From NCBI GenBank assembly GCA_002189035.1, contig CM007989.1, positions 2,480,001 through 2,544,000 on the forward strand: 64,000 bases of DNA, written 5' to 3'. The stretch is from Utricularia gibba. Its lineage: Eukaryota > Plantae > Magnoliophyta. The position numbers and the translations under genes are program-made. Below, one piece after another: positions 13,762 to 26,386 of the stretch (position 1 is its first letter; each line of letters opens with the position of its first letter). The notes beneath the pieces were generated by a model. That model saw only the letters and a list, made by a program, of their open reading frames with translations. It ran no database searches and had not been told where the DNA came from.

Positions 13762-14169
13762 AACTAAAGAAAGAAGACGACATACGGCAGAGTAGATGGA
13801 ATATTCTTCATCTCTCGTTCCCAGAAATGTGAGAACATACAGCCCACAATACAGAGCAACCAAGAGGTCAGCCAAAGTGCTGATGCTGCCTTGTAGCCAT
13901 TATCTTGAAAGTAAACGGTAGTGTGCCATGTTGGTCCTTGAGTTTAAGAAACGCGATGCCTGATGTTTTCCATTCTGAGAACTGCTACTAGCTTTGTGTA
14001 TTCAAGCATATAAACCTGCTTCTGCTATGTTTCAGAGAAAAGCCCCAGAGGTGGGAATGGCTTACGCTGGGTTTAACCCAACCCCGATTCAGAAAAATGT
14101 CATCCAACTCAATCAATTAGGAATCAAGTAAGAAAAATAGGATTACCCGCAAATAATTTCATCTACTCT

Positions 14170-14460
14170 CTGAGGATTTAGCTCCCAGTTTTGCAAGGGA
14201 TGATGACATCTGAGGAGATAGAAAATATTCATAGAATGCAGCTTGTAGCTACTTCCAACCCCCTGGTGCTGATGTGCCTCATGCCTTTCTCCAAGTACAT
14301 GCACTTGTTCATGGAACAATGGACTCAAGTTCCATTTTGTCCGAAGTCGCAAACTCCATACACAAGGAAATATCTACTGACTACTGCCTGCAAGTCTTCC
14401 CCACACACGTGAGCAGCAGAGAAACGTACAACAGGAATGCATTAAGCCGTCCTCGCCAGC
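14170..14460 (+). pseudogene. Internally deleted PAT1 (decapping activator) remnant
   Basis: Three PAT1-like blocks in the correct order: MTSEEIENIHRMQLVAT (from about 14203), PHAFLQVHAL (14277-14306), and SEVANSIHKEI then a frameshift then LLPASLPHTREQQR (14381-14422). Confidence 0.7.
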
Positions 14461-15686
14461 GTCTGGCCACTGACCAAATCGAGGGATGACCTAGTTTCAC
14501 TCCCCCTTTCATTCTTCTACGGTTGGTGGAACATACAGTTCACCATGTTGCTCCATCACACCACAGCACCAGGAGAAACAAGAAGGGAAGCTCCCAGCTT
14601 CACTCCCACCTTTCATTCTTATGCTTTCTTTTAAATTCCCTCGTCCCAACAGGCGATGGAGAAACTGTTGAAATGTTCCATCTGATGCTCACCTGCCGGC
14701 ATGGTCAGTAATTCAGATGTACGGTGAATAAGCAACAAGGCATGATCCATTGTTTGGACAAAGATTCAGGCTTCCACCGTTTACTGCCCCCGATAGACTT
14801 GCTTTTGCTGCGGGCTCTTTTACAAGGTTTTGTCATCTGTGATCCTGATAGATGCCTGTGTGCTTCACGGTGGACGCTATTCAGAAGGTGGCACGTAACA
14901 TCACCGCATATTATTGCATTCCATCCATAGCTACAAGATAAGCTATTATAATGAAACCACCTCATTCATTCAAACCGCACTACTCCCCGAAACATATATT
15001 GGGTTGATACTAACATATGTGTATATTTAAATAAAATGTAATTGTATATGTATATACTTAATTATATATAACATTTGATATTCGAATATAGAAGTGAGTA
15101 TATGAATTGTATATATATAATTAGTACCCCTTTATTTGTATATATTCATTTCATTTGAATATGTAAATAATATAATTATACAAGATGGATATACATATAT
15201 TAGTTAATTTAATAATGATATATAATAAATTTAAATATAAATTATCTATACTCTCATATGAGACACCTCCTAAAGCGCACACAACTATATGCTTCTACCA
15301 TGGATGAGTGTGCATAGATTTAAATATATTCGTATTTAAAATATAAAAATGAAATAAATTAAAAATATATACTATTATATTTTTTAATATGTGAAGATAA
15401 AAAGGAATTCGTGGAATATCATATTCTAGTGTCACCCTTAAATTCATGACACCATGTGCCCATCGGGCGTAAACGTGGAGGTTTTTGATTGGCCCACCAA
15501 AAAGAACAGCTCCCAATGTGATCATCATCATCATAAACAACCCCAACCCCGGTGCAGTCCAATGCGGTGTGGGCCCCGCCAAAACCAAAACCAAAACCCA
15601 GCAGCGACATTTTCATTCACTTTTCAGCTTTTGTGGCTGCCGCTGCACCAGTACCACATCCGAATCCTTCATATTCTCGCCGTCGA

Positions 15687-16771
15687 ATGGCGTCGGCGTG
15701 TGTGAACAACGGCGGGGTTGTGACGCAGGAGATCTTTCTTGACTGTCCGACGGCGAGCAGTATGTGGCGGATCCCGCCGGCGGAGGAAGCGATAAGCGCG
15801 CAGAAGCCGCCTGTGGATCGGGAAGAAGATCTAGATCCGGATATTGGAGGGAGTGAGTTTGAGTTTCGTCTTGAGGATCCGGTGTCGTCCGTGCTCCCTG
15901 CGGATGAGCTTTTCTCCGACGGGAAACTTGTTCCTCTGCAACTCGCCGCCACTCGCCAGTCAAGGGAGGCAGTCTCCGTGTCCGCAGGATCTGACGTCAG
16001 GTCGGAGAGGTCTCAGAAGCGCGGCGGCGGCGGCGGCGGTGGCGATTCGCGGTTTATCTACAGGAAAACGCCGAGGAGCGGGAGCAGGTGGAAAGAGCTT
16101 CTTCGGTTGAAGAAACTTAGCATCGCAACGGAGGATTCGACGTCGTGCAGTCAAAACAGCGCCGCGAGAGCCCTGATTCAGCCTTTCCGTCATCGGAGCA
16201 CCAAATCCTCCATGGATTCATCTCTAACGCTCCCATTGTTACAACAGCAAGCCGACCATAACGATCCACTCTCCACCTCCTCCGGAGTCTCCGTCGACGT
16301 CCTCCCCCGCCTCTCCGTGGACTCCGAAAAATCAATCCCCACCACTACCAAACCCGAGTAGCCAAAAAGAAGGCGGTTACGACCGGCGTCGCCGCCGCGG
16401 CGAATCGTGGTAACCGCCGAGTACCACCGGAATGCACATCCGTACAAGGCGTGGGTGTTTCCATCGACAGTCCTCGGATGAATCCGTCGGGGAAAATCGT
16501 GTTCTACGGGTTGGAAAGAAGCTCGAGCAGTCCAAGCAGCTTCAATGGCGGCCCGAGATACAAACACCGCGGAATAGAGCGCTCGTATTCGCACTCAGCG
16601 AGTCTGCGCATCGCGCCGTTTCTGAATGTCCCCGTTCGGTCGCTGCGGGGAGGAAACGGCACTGCATCTTCCAAATCCTCCACCGTCTTCGGAATTCCGA
16701 TCTTCTCATCCTCATCCCATCACAAGAATCCAAATCAATCATCCGTCAAAGGATCCCGTTCCAGTTCTTGA
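15687..16771 (+). CDS. Plant-specific Ser/Arg-rich uncharacterised protein (At1g56020/At1g79060-like), with a 1-nt frameshift at about 16327-16331
   Basis: MASACVNN start, FEFRLEDPV, LPADELFSDGKLVPLQ and RWKELLRLKK lie in one frame. VSIDSPRMNPSGKIVFYGLERSSSSPSSFNGGP lies in the next frame. Confidence 0.8.
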
Positions 16772-17432
16772 TCCAGGAGAACCAGCTCGGTAGGTATCTG
16801 CTGCATCCAAATTCCAAAAAAGTTGTGGTTTCAATTTCACGAGAAGCGTATGCCGGATCCAGATGGGGAGTGGAGAGGACGCGCGGGTGGTGAGGGTGGG
16901 GGGAGGTGGCTGGTGTAGATGATAACGAACGTCACTTGTAAAATCTGCCCGCATTAAAATGTTGCTTTTGCAGGATCCCTGAGTTTCGATTTTCAATTTG
17001 TCCAGAAGCACGTGGCTCTCACTCGCTCGTGAACTTGATCTATTTATAATATTTTCCGGCGCCTCCGGTCCGCCACCTTTCGCTTTAACCGTCAACCCAT
17101 GTCGACTCAACCTCCGGCAACTCACACGAATTCCCCGCGGCGAAAACAATAATGCCTATCTTTGCCCCACCGGTTTTCCTGTTGACTTGACGCGCTGTGG
17201 ATCATTGTCCCTTTTTTCCCACGCGGAGCAAACAAAAAAAGAAACAAAAAGTAAGATGTAAAAAAAAAAAAAAAAGGCCCCCATTGTCTACTAAACTAAA
17301 GAAAATCACGAACCAAAAAATTTCCGAATTTTGGCATCCAAAAAATCTAATTTTCGATTCAACTTCTAGAAAGTTCTAAAAAAAATCCGACTTTTGAAAA
17401 TTTCGCGAAATTTAAAACATTACGTGGGAATA

Positions 17433-17587
17433 TATAAACATTGGGCCACAGAATTCGATCCGAAATGGGCCGTACGGTATATTCTCTGTATTGGGCCAAT
17501 AAGTTCCTTACGTAGCCCAAGATACCCATCTATTGACCCGTAATGGGCTGAACCCAATTAGCTAATTTATAAACATTGGGCCACAGA
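17433..17587. repeat. Perfect 20-bp direct repeat (TATAAACATTGGGCCACAGA) within a site II (TGGGCY) cluster
   Basis: Copies at 17433-17452 and 17568-17587, with further TGGGCC/TGGGCT/AGCCCA motifs between them. Confidence 0.8.
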
Positions 17588-19649
17588 GTTCCTTGCCTCT
17601 TCCAATTCATCTTAGACATAATTTATAATTAAAATCACATTTTAAATTTTTAGAAATAGAATAAATTCAATTGCAAGAGAACACTTACTTTGAACCCTTC
17701 AGGTATTAAGAATAAGGCTATCTTTAGTTCTCGTAATTATTAAAAATTATTTCTAATAAAATATAAACAATAGTTCTACAGTGTTTAAAAAATAAAAATT
17801 TCTCCCATATTTCTATTTTTTAGAATAGTATTTGATAATAAAATTATTTATGAATACTATTTTTTTTTGTCTTTTTATTCTAGATAGAATTTACGATGAC
17901 CAGATTTGCAAAAGACCCAAGGTTATGCAGTGTGGAATGGATAGAGATGTTTGATTTTGGGATCACTATAAACACAAAGCAACAACACGTTAACTGTTGT
18001 TAGTCCAATGGATGAGCAGTTAATTAATCATGGTTTGGAGTCGTAGTCACATGAGCTGCTTTATCATATAGAAATAAAAGACTTCACCACTGGAAGAGTT
18101 CGCATTACGTAACTTGCAGCTCCATCCCCAGATAGATCCCTAGACTTTTCAAAACCACGTGCCTCTATCACCACTCCGTCATTCATTCACTTCCAGCATA
18201 CCTCAAAAGCTGCCCTTAAAACCCTAAACTCATCATTCTGTAGATGGATCCAGCACCAAGAAAGCCTGCCTGTGAGTTGATTGTGCATCTGGGTTAAGAT
18301 ACCAGAAGATGTAATGGAGTAAGGAGATCAGGTACAGTGGCATGGAGTAATGACTTAAATTTTATTTCATGTATGTTGGGACAGTCCTTATAAACTATAT
18401 CGGTTGAAATTAAGAATCCAATAGATCGAACGAACATAAATTAAATTCAAATACAAAAAAAACATAATTTATGTTTAAAAATATTAGATTTAATCGATTA
18501 CTATTAATCTACAATATTTTATATATTCATCTCTCTTTCTATCAATGCCAAGACCTCCTAGGCGATCATACAGTATCTCGGTTGTGTGTTGAGTGGGGTT
18601 GTGATGGCTACCACACAACTTAGGTCAACAACAGTATGGAGCAACACGGTTTCTATAACTATGACTGCCACTCTTCAAACCAAACCTTTGACAATTTGCT
18701 GATACGAAAACCCTATTGCTAAGAACCCTAAACCTGGAATCTAGAATCGATTCCTTCAGTTTTATATAGAGGGTGCCTTCATTTTCATTCAGAATGAGAA
18801 TGAAATAGGGAATGATACTTGTAGAATGACTTGGGAGCACGTAATTAGATGATTACAAAACTGGGGTGTGGTGTAGTGATTGGGAGGAGATAAGGATCCA
18901 TCAAAGTTGATAAAAGTAGCCATGGCTGGTGTGTATTACTATTGGAATTTTGACAAAAAAAAGTGCTGGAATGAGACACATTTACTTTTAAACTATTTCC
19001 CCATGTGGAGGAATCTAATGACACACAATCCCCACTGTTCATGCACAGTGTTTGCTCCTTTCCGTCAAAATGTTTTTGGTGAGATCCAAATCGAGTTCCA
19101 GCTCTGCAAGTCAGTCACCGTATCCAGCCAAGCAATCAAACAGTTCAAGTCTGGTTTCCTCTGTCTACTGCTGTTCCTCAAATCCAGCCCTTTCATTGAA
19201 ATGAAACCCATGTACACACGATCACAGTTCTGATACTCGGTTTGTATTGTAAACCCAACTCTCAGATGGTTCTGTGCACATGGGCTCGTCAAAGTCCTCA
19301 TTTTTCCTGTTCCAAGCTGCACACCTGAGCTTTTTTTATGGTTCCTGAATCTCAGTTGCCTTGTTGGACAAACCGAACTCAGTGGATGGGGTGCAATATG
19401 TGACTGCAAGGGGGTGATATACTTAAAAAGAAAAAAACGTTTAGTTATATTTTTGTAATAAGAAAAGTGGTCTTAGGGTTCAAGAGTTGGACCACATTGA
19501 AAAAAGATAGTTGCATTAGAAGTTGGGTGTGTGGTCCATTTCGCTGGCTGGGGATTGAGGCGTGTATCTATATAAAGAAGACAACGTGGGTGCGACTGCA
19601 TTCTAGTTCATCCAGACGACTGCTGTCAAGTCAATACGCAACTCCGTGG

Positions 19650-20661
19650 ATGGGAAGCTTGAGCGCGGTGGAGGAACGGCTGCCGCCGGGGTTCCGGTTC
19701 CATCCGAGAGACGAAGAACTCATCTGCGACTTCCTGGGGAAATGGGTTTCTGGGTGCGCCTCTCAAACCGCTCATTTGATCCAAGTCGATCTCAACAAGT
19801 GCGAGCCCTGGAATATTCCAGGTAAACCACAGGCGTCTAGTCTACTGGAGGGTTTTACCATCTTTCTTGACTCTGAATTTTTATGTAAAGCAGAAAGTGC
19901 ATGTGTGGGAGGGAGAGACTGGTACTTCTACAGTCCGAGGGACCGGAAATATTCAACCGGGATACGAACCAACCGGGCGACGGAGTCCGGGTACTGGAAG
20001 GCCACAGGAAAAGACCGAGCCGTTTCCCGGAAAGGAGTCGTCGTCGGACGGCGGAAGACGCTAGTGTTCTATCAAGGCCGGGCACCCAAGGGCCGGAAAA
20101 CCCAATGGGTCATGCATGAGTTTCGTCTCGAGCACCAGCTCTCTGCTCTGCCCCCAGATTTCACTCCTCCCCAGGTTTGAACGCTTAATTTTTTTTTTTC
20201 CTGAATTTCCATGTAAATACTCATTTCCTTTTCCTTTTATAAAATATTGAATTTCTGTCAAATTTTTGTCTCAGCAGGCAGACTGGGTTTTGTGCCGAGT
20301 CTCCTACAAGAGCAGATCGCCGTCTTCTTCTTCATCGAAAAGCAAGCTTGATTCTTGTTTACAGCTTGAGCCGCCATTGTTGGATTTGGGGCAACAGTTT
20401 GTCTTCGATCAAGCGATGCCGTTCGGTTTCGAGCAAGTGCCCTGCTTCTCCATTTTTCAGACGCCGATGAACCAGCCGCGGGACAACCGCCGGGAAATGC
20501 TTCCCGATTGCTGCTATGGAAACGCAACGTTTTCCAACGAAGGAAGCTCCCTGGGGGCTGGAGCCTTGAATCGATTCACCGGAATGGAGGCTTTTACCAG
20601 CATCCCCGCTCTGGGGGCGGCTACATGTACTGAAACTGGACATGTATTTTTCTGTCCATGA
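19650..20661 (+). CDS. NAC1: NAC domain transcription factor, NAC1/NAC021-022-like
   Basis: Exons 19650-19821, 19894-20174, 20275 or 20278-20661 give [46 protein letters not shown] and WVMHEFRL, plus a miR164 site in exon 3. Confidence 0.9.
20432..20452 (+). promoter_or_regulatory. miR164 target site
   Basis: AGCAAGTGCCCTGCTTCTCCA is near-perfectly complementary to miR164 (UGGAGAAGCAGGGCACGUGCA) and sits in the FEQVPCFS coding segment typical of NAC1-clade genes. Confidence 0.9.
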
Positions 20662-20732
20662 ACCTGTCTTTCATGTAACTAGGCTTGTTTAAAGAATCTT
20701 CTTGTGTACAATGAATCTACTGGTAAACGGAG

Positions 20733-22712
20733 TCACATTTTGATGAACTTGGAAGCGGCAGCAACACCACTGGATATGGCAGATTCCACGTTTGGCCCTA
20801 CGCAAAAGTCTCCACAGATTGACAGCTTCTTGTTCCCAAACCACAGGCATTTCTCTTCTCCAGCAACGGCAGCTGCAGGGAAAGCGCTACCCCTGAAAAG
20901 AAAACGAGATCGCGTTATCGAATCAACGAGTTCATGGCCCGTTGAATTTGTCATCTCAACTATCTCAGGAAGGAAGTTGAGGTGTGAAAGGACAAGTAGA
21001 TACTGACCATCTATGAGCTTTCATGAAGAATGGCTTTGTAGTGCAAAGACCGGTGCTTTGGAATTCTCGAAACAGATCCTCAGCTACTTTTGACAACAAG
21101 GCATCAGAAGGCTTCTGGAATCCTGTCTGAGATATTACAAGTTCTGAATGTTCTGCTGTGGAATGTAGAACCCAACGTTCACTATACAACAATGAAACTG
21201 AATTAGGAATGACCACCACAAATAGTTGCTGTTTTTTCAATGGCATCACATGTCATTTACTAGTAGTAACAACAACCTAGTCGTTGGACGCCCTGGCTTG
21301 CTGCTATCACAGAATGCCCACTTTAAAGCTTTTGAATTCTTGAACAATAAGCCTTTCCACGGCATCTGAACCATATAAGACAGAATATTTGATTTCGAAT
21401 ATAGAGACAGGAGCCACATAAGAGACCAAGCTCACTAGACCATAAAAATGAGATGGTAAAAGGCATGGGTTGGATGTAAACTCTTTGTGGTTCCATGCAT
21501 GACTTGAGTATTCATCGCTCTCCATTTTTATGCTAGGAAAACTATTTAAGTAACACTGGGGTGCTTATAGTTACCTCGAAAAGGGGCTGTTCAAACGCCA
21601 GCATAAGTGCAAAGCATGGTATGACAGGAATTTCTTTTATCTGCAGGGCCACGTTTGCGGACATCAAGTCTACATTCATAACATTGCATTGAGATGCTGA
21701 GTTTTAACACCAACATCCGTAACATTGGTGTTTGTGGATCTTATAACTCTCTTTTTCAAATTCAAGGTTTCAATTAGTCAAAGCCTTTATACCAATAGGT
21801 GGAGGCTTTCCAGTCACTTCAGTAAACCTAGATAAAAATGTGTTCTTGTCCGATGCAACTACTCCATCGAAACGACCAACATCTTCTCCCACTGAACTGG
21901 TCAGTGACCACATTCCTTCATCTTCCAGCCAATCAATCTTACCGATCCCAATTCCGAATCTGCTCTCAACCCCTAACAGAGCAATGTACTGAGCAACTGG
22001 TGAATTAGGTAAAGAAATATGGGAGGCTAAAATTAGATACCAGGATCAAGGCATAATGCTTTGCAAATGGAGTTCATTCCTGGCACACCAACATATCTCT
22101 TTCCATGATCCTCCTGGATTTAGACTAGTATGCTTTTCATGTTCAAGCTAAGATCCCAACAGAGCAGATTGCAAATGACAACGAATTGATCATATCAAAC
22201 CTCCGATAAAGGGGAAAACTTTTTGGTGAAGAAGTCAAAAGACCCAAAACTTTCTTTCCACTCTGCAACAAGACCTCTTGCTTTCCATTCATGTACTAGA
22301 CTCTGCACCTCCAAATTGGTATCGTTTACCGTAAAATACGGTGCACCGTGATCGAAAACAAGCTCGCGCCCATCGTCGGAATGCTCTCTGGCATTCCAAA
22401 ATCGAACTCAGCCTAACCGAAACTTGAAAACTGATTTCAAAGTATTATATCACGAGCAACCATATTTCAAACCTCCGTTGAGACATGCGGCCACCTGGAC
22501 CTCTAGCCGACTCGAAAATCGTGGCGGATATTCCATTCTTGGCCAAAATCGACGCACATACAGCTCCAGAAACTGCACAACACCGAAACCCTAAAATGTA
22601 ATTCACCGAGAATCATCCCATTGATCAAAGCTAAAATTTCACGGGAAGCATTGAAAACTTGGAGCTCACTCCCGCTTCCTATAACGGCGACCTTCGAAGC
22701 AACACCTTCCAT
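20733..22712 (-). CDS. FAD/NAD(P)-binding oxidoreductase (renalase-like)
   Basis: Spliced N-terminus KVAVIGSGISGAVCASILAKNGISATIFESARGPGGRMSQRR (GxGxxG), then FDHGAPYF, YVGVPGMNSICKAL, MKAHRW and ICGDFCVGPNVESAISSG. Confidence 0.9.
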
Positions 22713-24144
22713 GGCGAATGGATGGCGCTTCCTTCGAGCAATTGTTTATTCTTTTATTTTCTTTTAAAAAAAAAAAGAAAATAACTCACATTTATTCCAA
22801 TATTTATTTTCGTGATTTAATTATCTTTTTTTTATTATTTTCCAAAATTTGTGATATTTCTGAAATGGTTTGTTTCAAATTATTCATTATTTTAAATAAA
22901 AAATCAATAATTAAAAACATTAATAAATAAATAATATAAGTTGAATTATCATGCGGAAAATTTAATCACCGAAACATAATTATTGAAATATTCGTAAATT
23001 ACATTGATTGGGTTACCAATAATTCGTATTTCACCTACTTTTTACTCCTTTATCAGTCAAACGTCAACGGCTGAGGTGGCGCAACGTCATTGGCCAATGA
23101 AGTGTGGATGCATCAGGAATTATGAAATGATTATTTTCGGCGTTTTAATTGCATTTTTTTTTTCTCTGTTCAACAGCATGTAGATAATCTGTCAGTCCAA
23201 AGTTGTGTCATCCGCTTCCTTTTCTTTGCGGAACGAGTTTCAGTTTCAACTCCGGACAATTATTGGGCTTTTTTATGTTATGCATCTGCTGTATTCTCTG
23301 ATTCCTGGGAATAAAATATGTTGCATTTACTACTATTTTTTACAGTGTACTGCATACCAGTCGTTGCGGCTCACTCTGACTGGTGAGCCAGCAATTTGTC
23401 TAGTTTGAGGAAGGGTGATCCACTGGTGGTTTTTCCTTATTTGTTACTGAAACGCGAACCATTTCTCTTCTTTTTGTTGGAGATTAGAAAAGAAGTGATT
23501 TTTTTGGAGGGGTTTGATGGAGGAAATAGAAAATCCCAGTTGGATGGATGAAATATAGGGATACTGGGTAACCGTCGACTCAATGTGTTCAGTTTGCTGA
23601 AACTTTGCTTTCTTTTTGTTATTTGTTTAAGCTTTTCACATTTGCTGATGATGAGTGGAGTTTCTCTTCTCTGTGTGGGCCATTGCCCTTGATTTAACTC
23701 GCACGTCTTTTTTTGATGCTGATGGTGGTCCATGCAGGGGGGAATACCTGTTGTTTTTGATTTGGTCGTCTGGGGTTTGGTATTTTTTCACTTATTTCCA
23801 TTTTTATTGGTTGGCATGTATTAAATACTGCCACATAAACAATGTGGAAACATGGTACCTTTTTCTGTTCTGGATTCTTATTTATTACTGTGATCTCTGT
23901 GAAGATAGAAATTTGTATAGGATTCTGTGTTGGGCATGAAGATGCTGGAACTTCGTATGTTTAGGCTGAAAATTTCTTAAACAGAATTGCTTGCTTTGTT
24001 TATTTGGTTCTATGCTCTTGTATCTCGTTGCTTTGAGTACCTTATGTCCGACTGATTCTCTGCAGGATGGCACTTAACTTTGTTTTGTCATCTTCTTATT
24101 TTCATGTGCCGGAAGTAGGCTTGTGACACTGATTCAAAAGTGAC

Positions 24145-26386
24145 GTGGTTCGATATGAGGATCAGATTGCGGTGGCAGGCAATTGGATGCCATCCAACGG
24201 AAGCCCGAGATCCATTTTCTCATCAATGATGAATGATAACACGGTAGCAGGAGCACTTGGTGAACCAGTTGTAGATAAAAACCAGCCCCAGTTTGAGGGG
24301 AGAACTGGCTCTGGTAAAACTGATGAAAATGAAACTAGCATTAAGGATAGTGGAGAAATCGAATCAAATGCATTTTCAGAGTCTCGTGCAAGCTCACGAG
24401 GGAATCTTGTGAAGAGAATGGCCACCAGAGCTGGTACTAAAGCTCCAAGATTGAATACTCAAGGTATCGGACCACCTGATATTCCTGACACTTCAGATGG
24501 CCAGCCAAATTTTCTGATGACTATTCCTCCCGGTCTTAGTCCAACAACACTTCTGGAGTCCCCAGTTCTCCTTCATAACTCACAGGTGACTTACACAGTT
24601 TCCATGGAAGAGGAATGGGTTGTTCAATGTGTAAAATGTGATGATTTTTAAATACTGTGACTGAGTTTTTCTGTAGCTCATGCCTTCTCCTACAACTGGA
24701 AAATTTTTCTTCCCACCATTTGGAAGCGGTTGTAGTTTGGCGCCTATAGTAGATAAAGGCCAGGAGAATTCGTTTCATGATAGCTCATCCTTCACTTTCC
24801 AACCTACTGCAGAATCTGGACCTTTGCTTTACCATAATTCCGCTAATAAAGTAAGTACTTTATGCTTAGAAGTTCATTGATTCTTGTTATATGATATAAT
24901 AATGAAATTACCCCCTTTTCGTGTAACATGGAGATGGATTCATCATTGCAAGTGATCTTTGGCAAGTTAGACAGTGCTTGGAACTGATCAACTAAAACTC
25001 CTCTTCACTGAATTGTCTTGGCTTTGCTGCTGATCTTTGTGTTGCTTTTCTGATGATGAGGTCAAAAATTTCAGGGCCGCGACACTGATATGGGTCTGGT
25101 CCCTGTTCATGCAGGAGACTCGAATCCTCAGGAGTCTATAAGCAATGAGTATTATGCAAAATCACTTGGTGAAAAGCCCAGCAACAATGGCACCTCAGAG
25201 ACTTGTCAGGATGAGAATGGGATCAGTACTGCGGTGATCCTAGTGGAAGTCCATGTGATGATGAACATGGTTGGAGAAAATTTGCACAGAAGCAAGTCAA
25301 GGGAAGTGAACATCCTATGAATTACAAATGCACACATGAAAAAAATTGCGCTGTCAAGAGGAAAGTGGAACCTTTTCAAGAGGGAGACATCATACAGACA
25401 GTCTACGATGGCACCCATAACCATTCAAAATCATTGCCTAATCGCAGGGACACGAGTCAGCATGATCCCAGCGTTAACCGTGATCTTGCAAGGTCAACTG
25501 CCCACAAGATGAATACCATCCCACAGGAACACAGCAATGGCTGTGGCTCACAATCTCAAGCTCAGGTTGAACTTGGAGATGGTTTGGGTGGTTCATCTGC
25601 TTACTCAAATGATGAGGATGATGATCGTGCTATGGGAGGCGAAGGGGAGGAGTTGGATTCAAAGAAAAGGTATGCAGTTTTTGTGGCTTAAGTTCTACAA
25701 GTGATATGAAGGTAACATCTGAACTATGTGCAGGAGGCATGAAACTTCTTGCATCCCAGATTTGAGTGTGATCAACAGGGCGGTTGTTAGGGAACCAAGA
25801 GTTGTCCAAACGACAAGCGATGTCGACATACTAGACGACGGATATCGTTGGCGCAAGTATGGACAGAAGGTGGTGAAGGGAAATCCAAACCCAAGGTTCA
25901 CTGAATCCACCTCTTCTTGCCTGCATTCCTTGTGTGAAATCAAGGGGACTAATCGGGAGATCATAACGCAGGAGTTACTACAAGTGCACCAGCCCCGGGT
26001 GCAATGTAAGGAAACATGTGGAGCGGGCTTCTCATGATCTCAAGTGTGTCATAACTACGTATGAGGGTAAGCACAACCATGATGTCCCGGCGGCGAGAAA
26101 CAGCAGCCACAACTCTGGAGGCTTGAACAACCAACAACCTTCTCCGTTGGCTGTTTCAGGCGGCGTTCACCGGCTGGAGCTTTCTCATATCCTTGGTAAC
26201 TCAGCGTGTTTCAGACAACCGGAAACAGGTTCATATGGACTATCAGGAAAGCCCCAGATGAATGCAGGTCCAATGTATGGTTTGGGAGGACTGAACCAGC
26301 CTCCGCATGTTGGACTGCCTGGTCTCCAAAAGTTACCATTACTGCATCCTTACTCAGGAAGCCTGCCTCCACCAATGAATAGATGA
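24145..26386 (+). CDS. Group I WRKY (WRKY2/34-like) with a degenerate N-terminal WRKY domain; possibly pseudogenising
   Basis: [12 protein letters not shown] and PSPTTG motifs are present. The C-terminal domain [27 protein letters not shown]...TTYEGKHNH is intact; the N-terminal domain reads WRKFAQK. GTG at the expected start, a frameshift at 25219-25221 and an early TGA at 26384. Confidence 0.85.

Noticed and set aside
16865-16903. G-rich tract in the 3' UTR region (possible G-quadruplex)
   Set aside because: The last two G3 tracts have no loop and the others are irregular, so support is weak.
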